From positions 62,001 to 117,765 of the forward strand of contig JADIIX010000067.1 of assembly GCA_027604505.1 (NCBI GenBank): a DNA stretch of 55,765 bases. Reading direction: 5' to 3'. This DNA comes from Gonapodya sp. JEL0774 (lineage: Eukaryota). Positions 49,761 to 55,765 of this stretch are shown piece after piece. The translations under genes and the position numbers were made by a program. The notes beneath the pieces are model-generated. The model was not told where the DNA came from and searched no databases. It was given only the letters and a program-made list of their open reading frames with translations. Each line of letters opens with the position of its first letter. The first letter of the stretch is position 1.

Positions 49761-50332
49761 CCCGGGAAAGGAAGAAGTCACAGATTCCAGTGCCCGTCAC
49801 AGTAGGCGTGCAAATTAATTCCGTGCGCTTTGTCAGAATCTTGCTGGGATTCGATTGAGCCACGTAGTCCGTGAGTGAAGAAGAAGGGAATGGGGCGGAA
49901 GCACGTGACGCTCCTTCACCGAGTGCTCTTTCTCAAGGGTCCACAAGCCAAAATGGATGTTCTTCCTTGAGATGATAGCTCGGCAGCATTTCTCGAATGA
50001 ATATGATGGATACCTTAGAATCAGAGGTTTCAGAATGCAGTATGCATAATGATGAAGTGAAGCTGTGAAGTTGCGAGGACGTGTTATGATGTGGAGATGA
50101 GAAGGCCACACCTGGCGGAAAAGAAGAGCAAGGTTGAACACAAGTGTGTGAACCCATATGCGAATCTAAACATGAAGCTGAAGAAAGCTAGAGGATTCTG
50201 TTTCCTGCCGTGCGTCCGCAAGTAGCATCCCATATTTGTCTTCTGGGTTATTGTCTTTTACAAATGAGCAATTAAGAGATTCATTCACTTCATCTTATGA
50301 GAAAGCGAAGAGCTGAAGAAGGCAGTCTCTCT

Positions 50333-51819
50333 TCACCATGTCACTGGGAGTGTGAGAATTCCGACATCCTTGTCCAGGGGTGTCAACTTCACATCATCAA
50401 GAGGAATAGAAAGTTTGATGTCAGGCATGGTTCTCAGAAGAGATTTTGTTCAAATGACAGCACTTCACGTCGAAAGCGTCTGGTTCCTTGAACACACATC
50501 TGTCCCTGTTTGCTGACTGGTAGGCCATGACACCTTCTCCCTTTGAAATCTTGACTCCACCAACTATAAGATCTTCTTTAGCCAGTCGGCGTGTAGCGTA
50601 GGCTGACGCGGTGTGGCAGCGAAGAAGCTCACCGACGAACGTCGAAATGTGCGAGGAGTTGCGCAGCAGCTCAGAGCGTAGATAGGGTCTGCGGGATAGC
50701 TTGAATACACCCTAGAGCACAGGAATAAGTTGCGATTCTTATCTTGTAGTTTTGACGTGCTCCAGCAGACCATTCAACTCGCCAAGTTGATCATACTTGC
50801 CACAGTGGCGTTGCCTGCAACAAACAACAGGAACGTCACCTGCACCACATCTTCCTTTTCCATCTCGGCATCTTTCATGTGATTGAGAACCAACTGGCCC
50901 ACGATATCGTCCCCTGGGGACCGTATCTTGTGTTCCACCAGCTTTCGCACGTGATCTTGGACGTCCTGGGCAGCCTCAGCTGCCTCACGTGAAAGTTGCG
51001 CTTCCACTTGCTCGAACAGCAGTGCGCTCGATGAGCGAGTCGGCATCTTTGGCGGCCATACCAAGCATTATGTCAGAGATGATCTGCCATACGGAACGAT
51101 TCAACCGCAGTGTCAGCACGTGTGGCATCCATCCACTGCAGTACTTGCCTTGTATGGCACCTTGATAGAGAATCCGTTATGCAAGTCTAATCCTTTCTCG
51201 GTTTGTGAGAATTCTGCCGCATAGCTATCGGTTATATCACGGATCCAAGGCCTTATCTTCTCTTATCTTCTCGACACGCTGGGGCGTGAACCAGCCCTCT
51301 ACCATCGCTCTCTGCTTGCTGTGCGCTGGTGGATCCATGTCCATAAACGTTGGGTTTCTCGAGCGAGTGGCGAGCCGTCCGCCAGGGTTGAGTTCTGGGA
51401 AGCTCTCTTCGGAGCGAATCTGGATCAAGCAATGGTGAGTTCCACTAGATCGAGATCGCAAAAGTTGAGGATGCAAACCTTGCTGAAAAGATCGTTTCCG
51501 AGAACATTTTCGACCTAGACAAAGAATCGAAACGACCTCGTGGGAACGGGCAACCCCGCAAAACCGATCATTCAACTCACTCACGTCTCGGAATGTCGTA
51601 GCCAGCCACACTTTGCTTCCATCCCAGAACTCAACTTGCGTGAGAGGGCTCTCCCTCAATTTGGCATACTCGGATGGAGGCTCTACGCCGAGCCGGCTGA
51701 AAGGGAACTTTGTCGGGGACGCACTGCCGGACGCAAAGCGTGCAGTTCGGAAGCAAAGAACGGTTTGGTAATCGTGGCGAGTACAAAGTGTGCCGAGTGA
51801 GCATTGTGGACGAGAGCAT
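50333..51819 (-). pseudogene. CYP55: Cytochrome P450nor (CYP55, fungal nitric oxide reductase) pseudogene
   Basis: FPFSRLGVEPPSEYAKLR, FPELNPGG, PTFMDMDPPAHSKQRAMVE, FLLFVAGNATVASMINL, ELLRCHTASAYATRRLAKED, QSANRD, and C-terminal MPDIKLSIPLDDVKLTPLDKDVGILTLPVTW*. Colinear with Fusarium CYP55A1 as I recall it. Frameshifts are present and the heme motif is absent. Confidence 0.92.
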
Positions 51820-52236
51820 ATGGCGAGCACAAACCGAGTCACCAACAGCCTTTGAATGACGTGGGTTGTGGGAGGCAATTTTAGTTGGCCCGTCACGAGT
51901 GCGAACTTCTGTGTTGCATCGTTCAAATTCGTCTTTGGGTGCTCCTTGCCCCCCCCCCCCCCCCACCCAAAAAGTGCGCACACACACGCACGCACAAAAC
52001 CATATATTTCATAGATACAAACGAGAATCAAGAGTCAGTCGCCACTCAACAAAATGTAAATGTACAAGAAGACGGGAACGCCGTGAATCCAGTCACAGCA
52101 CACGAGTGAAGAAATGAAAGTAGAGTAACGAATAACCGGCGTAGTAATCAAAACCCGTCCAAATTATTTCATTCCGCAGCCACGCTGGTCCACACATCCC
52201 AATCCGATGGCAGTGGTTCTTCCAAAAACCCACACA

Positions 52237-54432
52237 CTACAGTCCGCGATGTCTGTTGTGCGTCGATAAACTGGCAATCCGCGCAAGCAAGTCCTCTTGG
52301 CTGGTTGGACTTGAATTTTCGGTGCCCAGCTGTGGTGGCCCATGAGGAACGTGGATGTTTGTGCCAGGCAACAGGGCGGCTTGGTGACCGAAAGTGATAA
52401 CAGGATGTGGTGTTTGATGGTACTGTGTCGGGTCGGCTGCCCACAGCTGTCGCGCCAACGTATCGTGGTTGGTGGTCGGTTGTGAGGGCCGTATCAATGC
52501 AAAGGGCGACGCCGTGTGCAAATCTGACATCGCTCTTGAAGACTGTTGAGCGTCAGGTAAACCAGAAAAACCCCGCACTGGTGTATACGGCGGAGAAGGG
52601 ATGATGGCTCGAGGTGAGCTCGTCGGGGCGTTGAACGCCGGTCGATTGAGCACCACCGAGGTCATCCACTCGTTTCGAAAGTAGGCGGCGGTTCCGTTCG
52701 AGTCGGCGATGACGAGGTTGGAGCTGTGAGCGGCGGTACCGGTAGGTACACCGGACAAAAGACTCGTGGTGTTTCCGGCGGCAGCATTCCCTGGTTGGAG
52801 GATGGGTGTGTGTGTCGCCATGGCGTTAAACATGGCGTTACGAGGAAAGAGTGACGACGATACAGGTGGAGTGATCGTAGAGTAGGTCGAAGCGCCGTTG
52901 TGAAGAAAGTTTGAGGAGGATACGGGTGCGGACGTCGTGAAGTAGGTTGCAGCGCCGACCGCACTCGTCGCGATAGGGGGAGTTGTGAACGAAGGTGCCC
53001 ACTGTAGTTCTCCCGAGTGCTGAAGTTGCAACGCAGTGAGATACGGAGGCTGGGCACTGACGGCGGGGTTGGTCGGAGGGAGTGATGCGAATGCGGTGGC
53101 GGCCCAGTAGGCTTGAGGATCGAACGTGCCCGCGAAGAAACCAGCGATCTGATGATGGGATGGGGACCACGGCAGCGGTTGTGGGAACGGGCTCGAAGTC
53201 GGAGAAGCCCCCACGGCGTTGAAGTGCACCCTGAATGTGGTAGTGGAGAGTTACGACAGTCAAGTCACGCCCGTCGGTTGTCAGAAGGGTAAAAAACATA
53301 CCTCGTACTCGCGGTCCCTGTCTGGCTGTCCATGATTCCTCCGTAGGACCCCCAGTACGGGTTACCTATACCCTCTTGACCAACCTGGACGACGCGGTTG
53401 TCATGTGACGAGTCGACGCCGACGCCGTGCGCCGCCGGTGGGAAGTAGCCCAGTCCCAATGGGGAGACGATCGAATCCGGTGAGCTCGTGGGAGAAACAT
53501 GTGCGCTTGCCGGGGGTGGTGATTTGGACTCTTTGATGTCGTTTCGCTTCTTCTTTCGGGGTGACGGTGACGTAGATTGGCCGGATGAAAGTCCACCGGC
53601 GGCCACCCTGCGTGGAGGACCGTGGGTTCTTACAAACGTGCAGGGTAAACCACCCATTCTGGTTGCAAGTGTGATTGGGAAGGATATCACCCCCCCGTGT
53701 TTTGGGTTTTCATGGATATCATGGAAGATTTGTAAAGCATGAAACTCACGTGCATCGAACGCATTTCTGACCTGGAGTCAAGTCACAGCGCTGGTTTTTT
53801 GCGTGAAAAAAGAGAGACAAAAACGTGTGGACGGGCAGCGTTCCACGTCATCATGCTCCTGAAACCAGGGAAAAGACGCACCTTTTTTCGCGCCGAGCAA
53901 ACATCACACGCCTAAGAAATGGAACAAACAAAAAACAAAGGAACGATTGACGATGCCATCGTAGCTCACGAGCTCGACGATACGCGACGAAAGGGAAACC
54001 GACCTTGTTCCTGGGATTGGAGAGCGCTCGACCCTTCCCGCTCCCCTCATCGTCGAGAGGGCCGTTGGATCCATCGCCAAGTGATCCGTCCGAGCTCTCG
54101 TTCGTAGGGTCCATACCTTGTACCTTGATGTGTTGAGGGTCAAGCGGGGAGGCTGCTGCCAATATAATAAGCGGACTTGGACTCTCAGGGGTTGCAAAAG
54201 GTTCACGGCGTCGGCGTGGGGAACGCCGTCCCCTGCAGCGGTATTTCTTTCGAGCTGGTAGACTAAGAGAAGACGTGGCTTCATTTTTTTTCTTTTCTGT
54301 GGGGTCCGTGTTGGATGAAAAGTCGTCGGGCGATTCGGGGCAGGAAGCAGGACCCTCAAACGAAAGTGCGGACGAGGGCGGGACGAGTGGGCGGCCCTCA
54401 TCGATCGTCCGACAGGCCACGAACAGGAACAC
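52237..54432 (-). CDS. Hypothetical multi-exon P/S/A/T-rich protein with NLS-like PRKKKR; 5' end uncertain
   Basis: ORFs 52237-53229, 53265-53690 and 53851-54432 on one strand with plausible GT-AG sites; no recognisable domain. Confidence 0.5.
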
Positions 54433-55765
54433 CGGTGCGCGGCGATTTTTTCGTGGCCGTTTGGGGTTTCATAATTATTATTTTGTTTTGTTTTGTTCGC
54501 TTCGAAAAAGCCGTAGACCTTTTGACGTGACAATGCACGATGTGGGTGGACGCGACAGGAGTTGGGAATCGATTGGGAGCGTGAGGGAAGGTCTGTTCAA
54601 TCGGGGGACCTACGCCTGAGCAGTGAAGGAATGAAATTTCATTCGATGAAAAGACGCACATGGGGCACGACTGAAGTAGATGGGAGTCATCAGGGACGCG
54701 TCGCGTAAGTACACTGAAACAACCGACCCCCGCGGGTTGCTGGTGGTATGTATGAACCAAGACTGAGAGTGCAGCTGAGGAGTGAACTTTCCCGCCCAAC
54801 ACATCTATTCTATTTTAAGCAAGCATCCAGATTCGATGATATTAAACTTACGAGCAACAAAGCAAGGTTCTGATTATTTGGAGCCCTGCCGCCCGCGAGA
54901 CACCCAGTGGGTCCTGTGAACAGACGTCGAACCACCACCAACAACTCCACCGTGGGCTCACGATCCTACCGAGCAGTCAAACGGGAGAAACCCCTTTTCG
55001 AGGGGCTCATTCCCACGTTTTGTGCCATTCATCTTCTCGGCTGAGGGTCTGGGGCCGGCGGGGCGGCTGGGTGCGATCACGGGATCACGGCGGGGGAAGG
55101 ATCCGTTTCATTCTCGAGGCTCGAAACGCTCATGGCTGAGGGCACAGGAAAGGTGACTGCGAGTTCGCTGGGGTCCACTCGGTACGGGGAAGGAGGGTTG
55201 TCGTTCCACCCAAACCCCGCAGGTTCTTTATTGTTGGCGGACAGGAGCTAAGTAAACAGCGCGGAGGGCCCGATTTCCGAAAACGATGTGCGGGATTGGT
55301 ACCAATGGGCGTTTTCGGGAGCGGCGCGACGACGGGTTGCACCCGGGTCGCTGCTCAGCTGCTCATTCCCTGTCACACATCCACATTGCTGTGAACTGTG
55401 CCGACACAAACCTCGGTCGGGTGTGATTCGTGTCGCCACGTCCCCAGGTCCCCCAGTTCGGCTCGAGACTCGAGGCTCGAGCACGGGCCCGCCCCGCGGT
55501 TCCTCCGTTCCGTTCCGTGACCCCCGTGGCAGTTGGCAGTTGGCACTTTTCCGAGTTACATACGCAGAACCACACGTGTGATGGTTTTCCCCAGCCGGCG
55601 GCACGGGGCCGAAAAGGAGTCACCCCCCATTACATACGACTCGACTCGCCCGTTTTCATTCATTCATTGGGCCGGGTACGAACAGTGACCAGAGGTGTGT
55701 GCAAACGTACATTATGTGCCAGCCGCGTCCGCACATTTTCATTTTGGGTGTTTTTTCCTTCCTCA

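Noticed and set aside
51949..51964. Poly-C run followed by a CA-like microsatellite
   Set aside because: Simple low-complexity sequence; it only extends spurious ORFs 51237-52031 and 51631-51987 upstream of CYP55.
53730..53790. QVRNAFDAR resembling homeodomain helix 3
   Set aside because: Lacks the invariant W and N, and no helix 1-2 pattern is visible.

Overview
Eukaryotic, intron-rich genomic DNA, most consistent with a zoosporic (flagellated) early-diverging fungus: it carries the axonemal gene CFAP70 together with a fungal-type H3/H4 pair, an NCS1/FCY2 permease and CYP55. Conserved genes: 3' part of TAO3/Furry (+, to 5177), TTC14-like TPR protein (-), divergent histone H3/H4 pair, CFAP70 (-), NIMA/NEK2 kinase (-), FCY2-type permease (+), DUF3752/GPALPP1-like gene (+) and two low-complexity hypothetical genes (-). 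Two accessory islands of mostly decayed DNA interrupt them. The first (~7.3-14.4 kb) holds a broken gene with LEM-like and HEPN-like motifs, a 111-bp inverted repeat and a C2H2 finger. The second (~24.4-43 kb) holds a bacterial-like SDR, a divergent non-RD CDK-like kinase, ~625-bp direct repeats and an inverted, intron-retaining 2-kb pseudogene copy of the TAO3 3' end. Near the right end is a P450nor (CYP55, nitric oxide reductase) pseudogene whose heme-Cys segment is deleted. Repeats show CpG-biased transitions. Family calls come from motif recognition by eye, not database searches, and most exon boundaries are approximate.
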